From assembly GCA_965203555.1 (NCBI GenBank), contig CBDBCY010000004.1:1920001-1984000 (forward strand): a stretch of DNA of 64,000 nucleotides. Direction: 5' to 3'. A model generated the notes under the pieces. The model ran no database searches and was not told the origin of the DNA. It was given only the letters and a program-made list of their open reading frames with translations. Source of the DNA: Acidimicrobiia bacterium (GTDB lineage Bacteria > Actinomycetota > Acidimicrobiia > Spongiisociales > ZC4RG35). Both the position numbers and the translations under genes were made by a program. This document shows positions 20,651 to 30,677 of the stretch, piece after piece; position 1 is the first letter of the stretch, and each line of letters begins with the position of its first letter.

Positions 20651-22750
20651 ATGACAGCCGGGACCGCGGTGGCCGGGTTCGGGCCTCCACAGGACACTGA
20701 AGCCGACGGTGCAAACCTGCTGGACATCGAGAACCTGGCGGTGCGCTTCGAGTTGCCCAACGAGACGGTTCGTGCGGTCAGCGGGGTGAGCCTCAGCGTG
20801 GCGCCGGGCGAGACATTCGCGTTGGTGGGTGAGTCCGGATCCGGCAAGAGCGTATCCATGCTGTCCGTCATGGGTCTTCTTCCTTCACCGCCGGCAGTCG
20901 TCTCGGGGTCCATCCGGCTGGAGGGCCGGGAAGTCCTGGGCATGCCCGGACGCCAGTTGAAGAGACTCCGCGGCCGGGATGTGGCCATGGTCTTCCAGGA
21001 GCCCATGTCGTCTTTGAATCCGGTCCACCGGGTCGGTCGGCAGATCGGCGAGAGCCTCCGGATACACCGCGGCGTCAGCAGGGCCGAGGCGCGACGCCAG
21101 GCGATCCGCCTCCTGGACCGGGTCGGCATACCCTCGGCGGCCACCAGGGTTGACGACTACCCGCACGAGTTCTCCGGAGGCATGCGCCAGCGGGCCATGA
21201 TCGCCATGGCCTTGGCGTGCGAGCCGAAGCTCCTGATCGCCGACGAGCCCACCACGGCCCTCGACGTGACCGTTCAGGCACAGATAGTGGACCTGGTCCG
21301 CGAATTGCAATCCGAGTACCGCCTGGCCGTGGTGTGGATCACCCATGACCTGGGGGTGGTGGCCGAGATAGCCGATCGGGTGGCCGTCATGTACGCAGGG
21401 CGGATACTGGAGACCGGCCAGGCATCCGACCTGTACCGGGCGACCCGCCACCCCTACACCTCCGGCCTGCTCCGCTCGGTGCCGCGCCTGGATCGGGCGG
21501 TCACCACCCGTCTGGCCGAGATACCGGGCGCACCCTTCCGGGTGGTCAGCGAGTTGCAGGCCTGCCCCTTCGACGACCGATGTCCTCTGGCCGGGGAGGG
21601 CTGTACCGATGCCCTGCCGGAGTTGGAGACGGTCGGGACCGGCGGGCACCGTTCGGCCTGCATTCACCATCACCAGATGGGGCCGGCCGCGGCGCTGTGG
21701 CCGGAAGGGACCACAGCCGACGCATCCACGGCAGCCGACCGGGCCGACGACGTGGTTGTCTCGATCCGGGACCTGCGGGTCCATTTCCCGGTCGTCCGCG
21801 GCCTCAGGCGGTCCCGCCACAGGGCCATCCGGGCCGTGGACGGCGTCTCGCTCGACGTGGTCCGGGGACAGACCCTGGGGATCGTCGGCGAGAGCGGGTG
21901 CGGAAAGACCACCCTGGGCCGGTCCCTGGTGGCCCTGGTGCGGCCCACCGCGGGAACGATCGAGATCAACGGGGAGCCGATCAACCCGCGCAGCGGCAGG
22001 CACAGGAGAGTGGTGCAAATGATCTTCCAGGATCCCTTCTCGGCCATGAACCCGGGGATGCGGGTCACCGATGTCGTCGCCGAGCCTTTGCGGATCCACC
22101 GGCTGGCGGACGCCGGGAGCGCCCGTGACCGCGTGGCCCAACTCCTGACCCAGGTGGGTCTGCCGGCCGATTCGGGAGCGCGCTATCCCCATGAGTTCAG
22201 CGGAGGGCAGCGCCAGCGGATCGCCATCGCCCGCGCCCTGGCGGCCGACCCGGAGGTGGTCGTGTGCGACGAACCCGTCTCGTCGCTGGACGTGTCGGTC
22301 CAGGCCCAGGTGGTGAACCTGCTGGCCGACCTGCAGGCGCGAACCGGGATGGCGATGGTCTTCATAGCCCATGACCTGGCGGTGGTGCGCCACGTCTCAC
22401 ACGAAGTGGGGGTGATGTATCTGGGAGAGATCGTGGAGAGGGCGCCTCGCGACCAGTTGTACCACGAACCCCTTCACCCCTACACCAAGGCGCTACTCGA
22501 GGCGGTGCCGGTGCCCGAGCCCGGCAGCGAGACAGCCCGCCGCACCAGGCTGGCGGGAGATGTACCGAGCCCGGCGGATCCCCCGTCCGGCTGCCGTTTC
22601 CACACCCGTTGCCCGGTGGCTGTCGATGGGCTGTGTTCGACGGTGAAGCCCTCGCTGGAGGAGGTGACTCCCGGACGATGGGTCTCCTGCCACCTTGTGA
22701 GTCCGTCCGGTCGGACACCAAGAATGTCCAGGTCTCCGGCGACATCGTGA
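20651..22750 (+). CDS. Peptide/nickel ABC transporter fused double ATPase (OppD-OppF type)
   Basis: Two Walker A ([16 protein letters not shown]), two FSGG signatures, HPYT motifs, Cys-rich tails. Confidence 0.93.
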   Translation: MTAGTAVAGFGPPQDTEADGANLLDIENLAVRFELPNETVRAVSGVSLSVAPGETFALVGESGSGKSVSMLSVMGLLPSPPAVVSGSIRLEGREVLGMPGRQLKRLRGRDVAMVFQEPMSSLNPVHRVGRQIGESLRIHRGVSRAEARRQAIRLLDRVGIPSAATRVDDYPHEFSGGMRQRAMIAMALACEPKLLIADEPTTALDVTVQAQIVDLVRELQSEYRLAVVWITHDLGVVAEIADRVAVMYAGRILETGQASDLYRATRHPYTSGLLRSVPRLDRAVTTRLAEIPGAPFRVVSELQACPFDDRCPLAGEGCTDALPELETVGTGGHRSACIHHHQMGPAAALWPEGTTADASTAADRADDVVVSIRDLRVHFPVVRGLRRSRHRAIRAVDGVSLDVVRGQTLGIVGESGCGKTTLGRSLVALVRPTAGTIEINGEPINPRSGRHRRVVQMIFQDPFSAMNPGMRVTDVVAEPLRIHRLADAGSARDRVAQLLTQVGLPADSGARYPHEFSGGQRQRIAIARALAADPEVVVCDEPVSSLDVSVQAQVVNLLADLQARTGMAMVFIAHDLAVVRHVSHEVGVMYLGEIVERAPRDQLYHEPLHPYTKALLEAVPVPEPGSETARRTRLAGDVPSPADPPSGCRFHTRCPVAVDGLCSTVKPSLEEVTPGRWVSCHLVSPSGRTPRMSRSPATS

Positions 22751-22847
22751 GGTTGCTTGGGTTAGGCTCGACATCAGCTATGGATCAACCGTCCACAGTC
22801 GCATTTCCCCGCTAAGTGTTGGCGGGATAGAGAAAGGAAAACACGAT

Positions 22848-24650
22848 ATGCAACACCACTTGAGATTCAGGAGAACCCTCCTGATGGTAGTTCTGGCGCT
22901 GGTAATCGCCGCCTGCGGCGGCGACGCCGAAGACGAACCGGTCACCACCGCGGCGCCGGAGGCGCCTGCCACAACCGTAGCGGAGGCCCCGTCCGACACT
23001 GACGAGGAGGCGCCTGCCACAACCGAAGCGGAGGCCCCGTCCGACACTGACGAGGAGCCCGCACCCGAGCCCGAGACCACGACCACCACCGCGGCGCCCG
23101 CGCCGCCGGAACCGGTCGCTGTTCGAGCCGCGGTCACCGGGGATGAGGGAACCCTGAACCCCTACACCTACATCAGCGGTTTCCCCGGGTGGAACCTCTT
23201 GATGCTCCAGTACGACTCCCTGATGCAGCTTGACGCCGCCGGGGTTCCCCAGCCCTGGCTGGCCTCGAGCGTCAGCGTTAGCGACGACCTCACCGAGTGG
23301 TCGGTGACCCTGGTCGAGGGCGTCACCTTCCACGACGGGGAGCCCTTGACTTCCGACGACGTGGCCTTCAGTGTCGAGTTCTACACGACCAACCCCGAGG
23401 CGAGCCGCTTCGCACGCGACTTCAGGGGAGTGGCGGATGTGGTGGTGCATGATGACTACAGCGTCACATTCGTTCTCGAAAGCGCCAACCCCGGGTTCGA
23501 CGTGGTGGCGTTGGCTGACGCCCCCATCATCCCGCGCCACATCTGGGAGTCGGTGGAACTCCCGTCGGAGCACCAGTTCGAGGGCGGTACCAACATCGGT
23601 TCCGGTCCCTACATGCTGACCGAGTACGTCGACAGCCAGAGCTACCGTTTCGCGGCCAACCCCAACTACTTCCGGGGCGCCCCGGCGGTTGACGAACTGG
23701 TTGTGATCGTCTTCGCCGACGACGCCGGAGCCCAGGCGGCCATCCGGACCGGGGAAGTGGACGTGATCTTCGAACGGATACCTCCGGAGCAGATCGACTT
23801 GCTCGACTCCCAGGACCCCCTGGACGTGATCCTGGGACCGGAGTTCGCCACCCAGATGATCAACTATGACGCCTCGATTCGTCCTTTCGACGACGTTGCG
23901 GTCCGCCAGGCCATCAACCTGGCCATGGACCGCCAGGACATCGTCGACACGGTGTACCTCGGAGCGGCCACTGTGGGTAGCCCCGGCTGGATCCATCCGG
24001 GACACTCGGTCTACAACTCTGGGATCGAAGTCGACGTGTACGACCCGGCCGCAGCCAACGCCCTCCTGGAGGGCGCCGGATACGCCGACACCGACGGCGA
24101 CGGCGTCCGAGAGTATGACGGACAGCCGATGTCGTTCGAGATCATCACCAACGCTTCCGACTCGCTGCGTCTGCGGATCGCCGAGTTGACGGTGGAGATG
24201 CTGGCTGCGATCGGCATAGAGACCGAGGTGTTGCCGGTGGATACCGCAGTCTGGGAGAACGCCGTGTGGCCCGGTTTCGACGTGAACAACGGTCGCAACT
24301 ACCAGATCGCCATGTGGGGTTGGTCGCCTCCCGTGCAGGCCGACCCACTCCGGCTCCCCTGGTTGGTCCACAGTTCCCTGGACAGGGGATTCCTCAACCT
24401 GACCGGTTACGGCAACGCCGAGATGGACGAACTCTCCGAGGCGCTGGCGGTCGAGCCCGACCCGGCAGAGCGCAAGGCGATCCTGGGTCGCATGCAGGAG
24501 ATAATCGCCGAGGACCTGCCGTTCGTGCTGCTGCTCTATCCGGATGGAGCGTATGTGTACGACTCGAGCGTCTACGCGGACTGGGAGTTCATCGCCGGCC
24601 AGGGTATTGTGAGCAAACTGTCGCTGCTCCCGCCCTCCGCTCGACCGTAG
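22848..24650 (+). CDS. Family 5 ABC substrate-binding lipoprotein
   Basis: Lipobox IAAC, FHDGEPLTSDDVAFS, GSGPY, VRQAINLAMDR. Confidence 0.92.
   Translation: MQHHLRFRRTLLMVVLALVIAACGGDAEDEPVTTAAPEAPATTVAEAPSDTDEEAPATTEAEAPSDTDEEPAPEPETTTTTAAPAPPEPVAVRAAVTGDEGTLNPYTYISGFPGWNLLMLQYDSLMQLDAAGVPQPWLASSVSVSDDLTEWSVTLVEGVTFHDGEPLTSDDVAFSVEFYTTNPEASRFARDFRGVADVVVHDDYSVTFVLESANPGFDVVALADAPIIPRHIWESVELPSEHQFEGGTNIGSGPYMLTEYVDSQSYRFAANPNYFRGAPAVDELVVIVFADDAGAQAAIRTGEVDVIFERIPPEQIDLLDSQDPLDVILGPEFATQMINYDASIRPFDDVAVRQAINLAMDRQDIVDTVYLGAATVGSPGWIHPGHSVYNSGIEVDVYDPAAANALLEGAGYADTDGDGVREYDGQPMSFEIITNASDSLRLRIAELTVEMLAAIGIETEVLPVDTAVWENAVWPGFDVNNGRNYQIAMWGWSPPVQADPLRLPWLVHSSLDRGFLNLTGYGNAEMDELSEALAVEPDPAERKAILGRMQEIIAEDLPFVLLLYPDGAYVYDSSVYADWEFIAGQGIVSKLSLLPPSARP
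22958..23057 (+). repeat. 48-bp in-frame tandem repeat (about 2 copies) in lipoprotein linker
   Basis: GGAGGCGCCTGCCACAACCG(T/A)AGCGGAGGCCCCGTCCGACACTGACGA starts at 22958 and 23006, one mismatch. Confidence 0.9.
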
Positions 24651-24674
24651 AAGAACACCCGAACAATGACGGCT

Positions 24675-24721
24675 GGTGGTAGCCCGCCGCCCGATTGCGC
24701 ATCGCGTGTCGGGCTACCACC
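24675..24721 (+). terminator. Stem-loop after SBP gene (mRNA stabiliser or partial terminator)
   Basis: Perfect 12-bp inverted repeat GGTGGTAGCCCG / CGGGCTACCACC; no U-tract. Confidence 0.55.
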
Positions 24722-24787
24722 CCATAGTGGAATGATCAGCGCACCCCCCGGATCGGGGCGCGTCGCAGGTCAACCCGAGTTGCAGTC

Positions 24788-25762
24788 TTGACAAGGCGAA
24801 TCGACCTTCGCCGGGTGGCCCAATACGGGATCGTGGTGGTCGTGGCGGTGACGCTCAACTTCCTGTTGCCCCGGCTGATGCCGGGCAATCCACTCGCCCT
24901 GATCGCCGGGGTGGATGTCGGCATGCTCACCCCGGACCAACGGGCCGAGATCGTCGCCCGGGTCGGTCTGGACGCGCCCATGTGGGTGCAGTATCTGCGG
25001 TATTGGGGGGATATCTTCACCGGCGACTTCGGGTTCTCGTTCCGGTCCAGCCGTCCCATCGTCGAGATGATCTGGGAACGGATACCCTGGACGCTTCTCA
25101 TCACCGGCCTGTCGCTGATGGTGTCGGCTGTCGTGGGTGTTTTGCTGGGCGCCGTCTCGGCCTGGCGAAGAGGCTCGAAGGGCGACCTGACCATGCTTTC
25201 GGGGATGATCTCGGTGGAGTCCCTGCCCTCCTTCTGGCTGGGCATGGTCCTGATCTCGCTCTTCGCCGTCCAGTGGGGTCTGCTGCCGTCATTCGGTGCG
25301 GTGACCCCCGCCTCGGACCTGGAGGGCTGGGCCCACGTGTGGGACATAATCAGCCATGCCATAATGCCCGTGACCGCCCTCTCGATAGTCGGGACGCCGG
25401 GCGTTTACATGACCATGCGCTATGCGATGCTGGAAACCCTGGGAGAGGACTACATCCGTACCGCCAGAGCCAAGGGCGCCGGAGAGCGCCGGGTGCTGTT
25501 CGGGCACGTCGCACGCAACACCATCGCTCCGGTGATCACAGTTCTCGCCATCCGATTGGGTTTTGCGTTCGGGGGCACGGTGATCATCGAGACGGTGTTC
25601 TCCTATCCGGGACTCGGCCGCTTAGTCTTCGAAGCGGTGGCAGGGCGTGACTATCCGGTGATGCAGGCGGCTTTTTTGGTCTTCACGGGTGCGGTCCTGG
25701 TGGCCAACCTGGCGGCTGACTTACTGTATCCGCTGATAGACCCCAGGAGCAGGACATCGTGA
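24788..25762 (+). CDS. Peptide ABC permease (OppB/DppB type)
   Basis: PRLMPGNP, GDFGFS, EDYIRTARAKG, IETVFSYPGLG, DYP. Confidence 0.93.
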   Translation: MTRRIDLRRVAQYGIVVVVAVTLNFLLPRLMPGNPLALIAGVDVGMLTPDQRAEIVARVGLDAPMWVQYLRYWGDIFTGDFGFSFRSSRPIVEMIWERIPWTLLITGLSLMVSAVVGVLLGAVSAWRRGSKGDLTMLSGMISVESLPSFWLGMVLISLFAVQWGLLPSFGAVTPASDLEGWAHVWDIISHAIMPVTALSIVGTPGVYMTMRYAMLETLGEDYIRTARAKGAGERRVLFGHVARNTIAPVITVLAIRLGFAFGGTVIIETVFSYPGLGRLVFEAVAGRDYPVMQAAFLVFTGAVLVANLAADLLYPLIDPRSRTS

Positions 25763-26625
25763 CGGCCACCGGCGGAAAAGACCAGAAGGTTCGCAGGACC
25801 GTGCGGCGGCGCTCGCGGCTGCCCAAGATCCTCGGGCTGGCGGGGATGGTGATCGTCGGGGCACTGCTGTTCACGGCGGTGTTCGCTCCGTGGTTGGCGC
25901 CGTACGACCCCACCGAGCGGATCGCCCGGCCCTTCCTGCCGCCCAGCGCCGACCATCCTTTGGGCACCAATGACGTCGGCCATGATCTTCTCTCGGAGAT
26001 CATCTTCGGATCGCGGGTGTCGTTGCTGGTGGGGCTGGTCGCGGCAACAGTGGCCCTGCTGATCGGTACCACGGTGGGGGTGGTGGCCGGCTATTACCCC
26101 AAACGGCTGGGCGCCACTCTGATGCGCGGGGTCGACGTGATACTGATCCTGCCTTTCCTCCCCCTGCTCATAGTGCTGGCAGCCTACCTGGGCCGCAGCC
26201 TTCTGAACACGATCCTGGTGATCGGGTTGCTCATCTGGGCGGAGCCGGCCCGGATCATTCGATCACAGGTCCTCTCGCTCCGCTCGCGAGAATACGTGCT
26301 GGCAGCCCGGTCGATGGGCGCTCCCGACCGTTGGACGATCCTGCGGCACATCGTTCCCCGCACAGCCCTGCTGGCTACGGGTTCGTTCGTGCGAGCGGTA
26401 TCAGGGGCGATCTTGCTGGAGGCTGCGCTCAGCTTCCTGGGCCTGGGAGACCCGATCCAAAAGAGCTGGGGGTCGACGCTGTATTGGGCACAGACCCGGG
26501 GCGCCTTCCTGACGCCCGCATGGAAGTGGTGGGTGCTGCCGCCCGGCCTGCTGATAATGCTGGCATCGCTCGGCTTCGCCCTCATCGCCTTCTCGCTGGA
26601 GGAACGAATAAATCCCCGACTGTAG
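25759..26625 (+). CDS. Peptide ABC permease (OppC/DppC type); 3' end is the island attachment site
   Basis: HPLGTNDVGHD, EYVLAARSMGA, EAALSFLGLG, PPG. Confidence 0.93.
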   Translation: MTATGGKDQKVRRTVRRRSRLPKILGLAGMVIVGALLFTAVFAPWLAPYDPTERIARPFLPPSADHPLGTNDVGHDLLSEIIFGSRVSLLVGLVAATVALLIGTTVGVVAGYYPKRLGATLMRGVDVILILPFLPLLIVLAAYLGRSLLNTILVIGLLIWAEPARIIRSQVLSLRSREYVLAARSMGAPDRWTILRHIVPRTALLATGSFVRAVSGAILLEAALSFLGLGDPIQKSWGSTLYWAQTRGAFLTPAWKWWVLPPGLLIMLASLGFALIAFSLEERINPRL

Positions 26626-26629
26626 CCCG
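26578..26629 (+). repeat. Left direct repeat of island (attL-like)
   Basis: GCCCTCATCGCCTTCTCGCTGGAGGAACGAATAAATCCCCGACTGTAGCCCG, 49/52 identical to 46094-46145. Confidence 0.9.
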
Positions 26630-26653
26630 CGGCAGCACCCGCGCGGAACCTCA

Positions 26654-27223
26654 CTATTGCGCGTGGTGGGGTCTGTGTTTGATCGTGGCAACGGAGCGGG
26701 AGAGACCGACTTCTGCTAGGCGATCAAGCATTTGGCTGTAGCTCTGCGGCGGTTGGCTGAGCGCCGTGGCTTGTCTTGCGATGGTGCTGACGACCTCGTC
26801 CAGTGCGATTTCCAACAAGTGCAACACGAATCGGTCAGGGCTTTGAGTCTCAATACCAAACTGGCTCAGGGCGCTGTCGGGGAAGCTACGAAGGTTGCTC
26901 GTCACGATGACCTCGGCGTGGCAGCGGATGGCAGCAGCCACAACATGGCGGTTGCCTTCGTCGGGCAACTCGATTGCTTCGATTAGAGGTTCGTACCCAG
27001 TGACGAGACAGTCGGGCACGGCCTTGATCATAAGGTGGCGGGTTCGTGCGATCTGTGTCGGGTCGAGTCCGGGATTTGTCAGGATAAGGCTGGTAGCCAT
27101 CTCGTCAAGGATGGTGTCGGTCCACTTCGCGCGATATAGGCGGGTGCATGCGAGCCGGACTAGAAAGTCGCGCAGCGATGCCGGGTGCAAAACAGTGGCG
27201 TCGTACACCACGGTGAACGACAT
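26654..27223 (-). CDS. PIN-domain ribonuclease toxin (VapC-like)
   Basis: VYDATVL, ILDEM, LPDEGNRHVVAAAI, IVTSNLRSFP. Confidence 0.88.
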   Translation of the reverse strand: MSFTVVYDATVLHPASLRDFLVRLACTRLYRAKWTDTILDEMATSLILTNPGLDPTQIARTRHLMIKAVPDCLVTGYEPLIEAIELPDEGNRHVVAAAIRCHAEVIVTSNLRSFPDSALSQFGIETQSPDRFVLHLLEIALDEVVSTIARQATALSQPPQSYSQMLDRLAEVGLSRSVATIKHRPHHAQ

Positions 27224-27226
27224 CGG

Positions 27227-27697
27227 TCAGTATTGGAAACCCAAATCCTCAGCTTCGGCGGTGAGCTTGTCTAGCACCCGCTGCCGATGCACTTCCTCCC
27301 GGTCTAAGTAGGCGAGGACATCAGTAAGTCTGACACGGCGGCGGTTGCCTACACGGCGGAATGGAATGGCCCCTCTATCGAGGAGCCCTACTAGGTATGG
27401 GCGTGACACGTTGAGCAGGTCGGCAGCTTGCTGGGTGGTCAGTTCGCTCCGGGCGGGAGCAACGGTAACTGTGTGGCCGTTTGCTAGTTGGGCTAGGATC
27501 TCGCGTAGCAGACTGACCGCCGGTGCGGGCAGGGCAATTACCTGGGGATCGTCCGACTGATCGACCATGCACAACTGTAGAGATGCAACAGCGTCACTGT
27601 GTCCGGCGAGGTAAGCCTGCAGGAGTTCGGCTGCGCGGGCTGCCTGCTTAGCCACCGCTGGATCTGGCGCGGTTTGAATGTCTGTTATAGCAGTCAT
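27227..27697 (-). CDS. Excisionase-family (HTH_17) DNA-binding antitoxin
   Basis: ELTTQQAADLLNVSRPYLVGLLDRGAIPFRRVGNRRRV; GAAGGAGG RBS before ATG 27697; 3 nt from PIN gene. Confidence 0.88.
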   Translation of the reverse strand: MTAITDIQTAPDPAVAKQAARAAELLQAYLAGHSDAVASLQLCMVDQSDDPQVIALPAPAVSLLREILAQLANGHTVTVAPARSELTTQQAADLLNVSRPYLVGLLDRGAIPFRRVGNRRRVRLTDVLAYLDREEVHRQRVLDKLTAEAEDLGFQY

Positions 27698-27894
27698 GTG
27701 AGCCTCCTTCGATCTTCCTTCTTCTAATCTCGATCTAGCGTCCGGCAAGGGCAAAGCCCTTAAACCTGCTCCTCCAGCATTGTCATCATCCTATCATAGG
27801 AATGAATATTCGAAACAGTCGCAATAAATGCTTTGATTGCTGCAGTCGCAACAGTAGAATCCGGTTCGGTGATTGTTTTGAACCGAGATTGTAG

Positions 27895-28803
27895 ATGAAC
27901 CCAAGCAATGTCCGAGTCCTTGCTCAGACACCACCCGTGTCGATCGATGTGCCCGGTGTCGCGGACTCCCGTTGGCTGCCGGATGATGTCTTTGACGCGG
28001 GTTGGCACGCGATCGTCATGCCCGGTGATACCAAAACTCGTCTGGCCCGCCAAGGGGCAGCCACGATTATGCTGCGCCAGCAAGTCACCGCCGACGCCTT
28101 GCCCCTGCACGGCATCGTGCTGCTTGCCGGCCCTCCTGGGACCGGCAAGACAACCCTGGCTCGCGGCCTAGCCAGCCGGATTGCCGCTGGGCTCAGAGTG
28201 AAAACAGTCGCATATATCGAGGTCGATCCCCACCAGCTCACCTCAGCGTCGCTGGGTCGGAGCCAGCGATCCGTCAACGAACTGTTCACCAACACCATTG
28301 CTGACATTGCCGGGCGATACCCCACCATTGTGTTGCTAGACGAGGTCGAAACGCTCGTAGTTGACCGCGCTGGATTAAGCCGGGAGGCAAACCCGATCGA
28401 CGTGCATCGCGCTTGCGACGCGGCACTCACCAACCTGGATCGCCTCGCGGCAGAACAACCCACTTCGCTAATAATCGCAACCACGAACTTCGACGCTGCG
28501 GTGGACGCGGCCTTCGTCAGCCGAGCCGACGTAGTGCATCGCTTCGCCCTTCCGGCGGCTGACGCCCGCCGAGCGATTCTTGAGCACACGATCCGCGCCG
28601 TGGATGCCGCCTTTCCCGGAGCAGCACGGGTGCTGGCCGATCCCCGCTTCGAGGAAGTAGTCGAGAGTTCAGACGGTTTAGATGGCCGCTCGCTGCGCAA
28701 AGCCGTCGCGGCGGCCGCGGCCATGCACCCCAAACTCAACTTCAGCATGCTCAGCGCCGAGTGGCTGCTCGCCGCTATCCGAGAGGCTAAGGAATTCAGA
28801 TGA
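27895..28803 (+). CDS. cap6: CBASS Trip13/Pch2-like AAA+ ATPase
   Basis: HGIVLLAGPPGTGKT Walker A, LLDEVETL Walker B, ANPIDVHR, FVSRAD, GLDGRSLRK; precedes two HORMA genes. Confidence 0.88.
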   Translation: MNPSNVRVLAQTPPVSIDVPGVADSRWLPDDVFDAGWHAIVMPGDTKTRLARQGAATIMLRQQVTADALPLHGIVLLAGPPGTGKTTLARGLASRIAAGLRVKTVAYIEVDPHQLTSASLGRSQRSVNELFTNTIADIAGRYPTIVLLDEVETLVVDRAGLSREANPIDVHRACDAALTNLDRLAAEQPTSLIIATTNFDAAVDAAFVSRADVVHRFALPAADARRAILEHTIRAVDAAFPGAARVLADPRFEEVVESSDGLDGRSLRKAVAAAAAMHPKLNFSMLSAEWLLAAIREAKEFR

Positions 28804-29243
28804 CCAAGTACGCACGCCGCTTCGCTGCCGTGCCGGCGCGGACTTCGACCCAGACTTGGCGCGCCATTGTCGATTGTCTCGGCCCGCCTCTAGCCGATCG
28901 GACGGTTCTTGATGCAGCTACCAACGCTCTAGCGATCATCATCGCCGAGGAGGTCCCCGCAACGAAGCCTATCGTGCTTACGGGATGTGGACCCCGGGTC
29001 AGCATCTATACCGTCTATGGGCAAGACAGCATCGACGGGCACAATGTCAATGAGCGCCCGGTGGTCGGCTTGACTTTCAACCCGGGGTGGAAGCTGCATG
29101 TCCCCGCCGGAAGTGATATTGAATTGATAAGCGGCCTCGTCGACGGATCCCATGTCGTAGTCGGTCCACCCGTGAGCAACGCTACCTCGGCTGGCCAAGG
29201 ACTGCCTCGGGTGTCCAACTTCGATCTCACAGCATTGGAGTAA
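28800..29243 (+). CDS. cap8: CBASS HORMA protein (HORMA3/Cap8 scaffold type)
   Basis: P.R...QTW.AIV, PIV.T..GPR..IY, D.IDG...NE resemble recalled P. aeruginosa HORMA3; ATGA overlap with cap6. Confidence 0.8.
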   Translation: MTKYARRFAAVPARTSTQTWRAIVDCLGPPLADRTVLDAATNALAIIIAEEVPATKPIVLTGCGPRVSIYTVYGQDSIDGHNVNERPVVGLTFNPGWKLHVPAGSDIELISGLVDGSHVVVGPPVSNATSAGQGLPRVSNFDLTALE

Positions 29244-29245
29244 TA

Positions 29246-29758
29246 ATGACTGTAGTTCATGTAGGGACGCGTGTTCACACAAGTACCTATGTCGCAACCA
29301 GTCTGTTGCGCAGCCTCAAGTGGCTCATTACCCAAGCCGGTCTCAGCGCTTTGAAGTTTGCGGGCAGTTGGTCTATTTGGGAAACAGGCGTCGCCCACTG
29401 GATCGGGCAGCAGAGCCTAGAACGATTGGTCCTAGAGGTATACGACCCCATAGCTAGGAGCGACGATCTCCGAGGCCGGTTCGACTTCACGCTGGACTAC
29501 TCTTATACAGGCGACGGCGAACTCTGGATCGACCCCGACATCATAGAGTTCACAGTCCGGAAGAACGGGTCGCTGCCCAGCGCATGCGAGTATCGGCTGG
29601 TCGCTTTTGTCAAGTCGTTCGCAACTGACCCGCCAGAGGGAAAATGGACATCCGCGACAACGCGGTCGACAGACGGATTTCAGCGCCACAATGTCGGCAC
29701 TGCCGTCGCTGGCGGCGCAATCGCAGCTTCGTTGTCTTACTATCGGAGGATCAACTGA
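29246..29758 (+). CDS. cap7: CBASS HORMA sensor protein (HORMA2/Cap7 type)
   Basis: H..TYV...L.SLK, LEVYDP, GDG..W.D, LPS...Y, RSTDG resemble recalled P. aeruginosa HORMA2. Confidence 0.85.
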   Translation: MTVVHVGTRVHTSTYVATSLLRSLKWLITQAGLSALKFAGSWSIWETGVAHWIGQQSLERLVLEVYDPIARSDDLRGRFDFTLDYSYTGDGELWIDPDIIEFTVRKNGSLPSACEYRLVAFVKSFATDPPEGKWTSATTRSTDGFQRHNVGTAVAGGAIAASLSYYRRIN

Positions 29759-29759
29759 C

Positions 29760-30677
29760 ATGTTGATGACTGTTTCCGAAGCTTTTACCAAGTTTCGGTC
29801 AAACCTTGAGCCAACAAAGACGGAGAGGTCTGACGCCTCACGGCGACAAAAGACGATAAGGTCACAGGTCGAGGACGGTATGGGCATTGCCGACTCCTTT
29901 CTCACTGGTTCCTATGCCCGCAACACCGCTGTCCGTCCCCTAAAGGACGTTGACATCATGATGGTGTTCGACGACACCGAACGCGGCTACTTGAGACAAC
30001 ACCCCCAAACAGTACTGGACAAGGTGTGTGAGGTCCTTGAACCTCATTATCCCGGCCGGGTGCGAGCACAAGCCCGCTCGGTAACCGTGGAGTTTGGGAT
30101 AAGGGTTGTAAACGACATCTCAGATCGAGTTGTGGCAGTGGATGTCGTCCCCGCCTTTAGCGAAGGTGCCCATTATCGGATACCAGATACCCACTCTGGT
30201 TCTTGGACCCGAACCAATCCCAAGATCCATCAAAAACTCGCCACTCAAAGCAACCTTCAGCTAAATGGGCATTGGGTGCCGTTGGTAAAAATGGTCAAGA
30301 AAGCAAACAGCCACACTGGCCAAACCCGCTCAGACGACAAGCCTATAAAGCCCAACTTCCTGCTCGAGGTAATGGCGCACTCACTGATCATACCTCCTTG
30401 GACTGGTCCGTACCCACTGGAGATCCGAGCGTTCTTCGCTTCGGCTGCTGACCTCATCGACAATCGATGGCCCGACCCAGCCAGGCTGGGCCCCGACGTC
30501 ACACACCGGTTGCACGGGTCGCCGTCGCTTCTGTACGAAGCCAAGGAGTGGCTTGCCAGCACTGTCGCAGCTTGTGACCTTGCCTTGCGCCAAGCCCGAA
30601 ACAACCAGATCGGAGCCGCGCTTAACATCTGGCAGCAAATGTTCGGTCCTTTGTTTGTCAAGACCAAGACACCATGA
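29760..30677 (+). CDS. cdnD: cGAS/DncV-like nucleotidyltransferase (CdnD-like CD-NTase)
   Basis: EAF.KF.S.LE, SFLTGSYAR.T...PLKDVD, DVVPAF, IPDT.SG.W, WPDPA.LGP, FGP; GGAGG RBS before ATG 29760. Confidence 0.92.
   Translation: MLMTVSEAFTKFRSNLEPTKTERSDASRRQKTIRSQVEDGMGIADSFLTGSYARNTAVRPLKDVDIMMVFDDTERGYLRQHPQTVLDKVCEVLEPHYPGRVRAQARSVTVEFGIRVVNDISDRVVAVDVVPAFSEGAHYRIPDTHSGSWTRTNPKIHQKLATQSNLQLNGHWVPLVKMVKKANSHTGQTRSDDKPIKPNFLLEVMAHSLIIPPWTGPYPLEIRAFFASAADLIDNRWPDPARLGPDVTHRLHGSPSLLYEAKEWLASTVAACDLALRQARNNQIGAALNIWQQMFGPLFVKTKTP

Noticed and set aside
27227-27697. Excisionase as evidence of a prophage or ICE
   Set aside because: It is coupled to a PIN gene in the usual TA layout; no phage, integrase or conjugation genes are present
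29607-29759. N-terminal extension of the CD-NTase
   Set aside because: Overlaps cap7; RBS and homology-like start are at 29760
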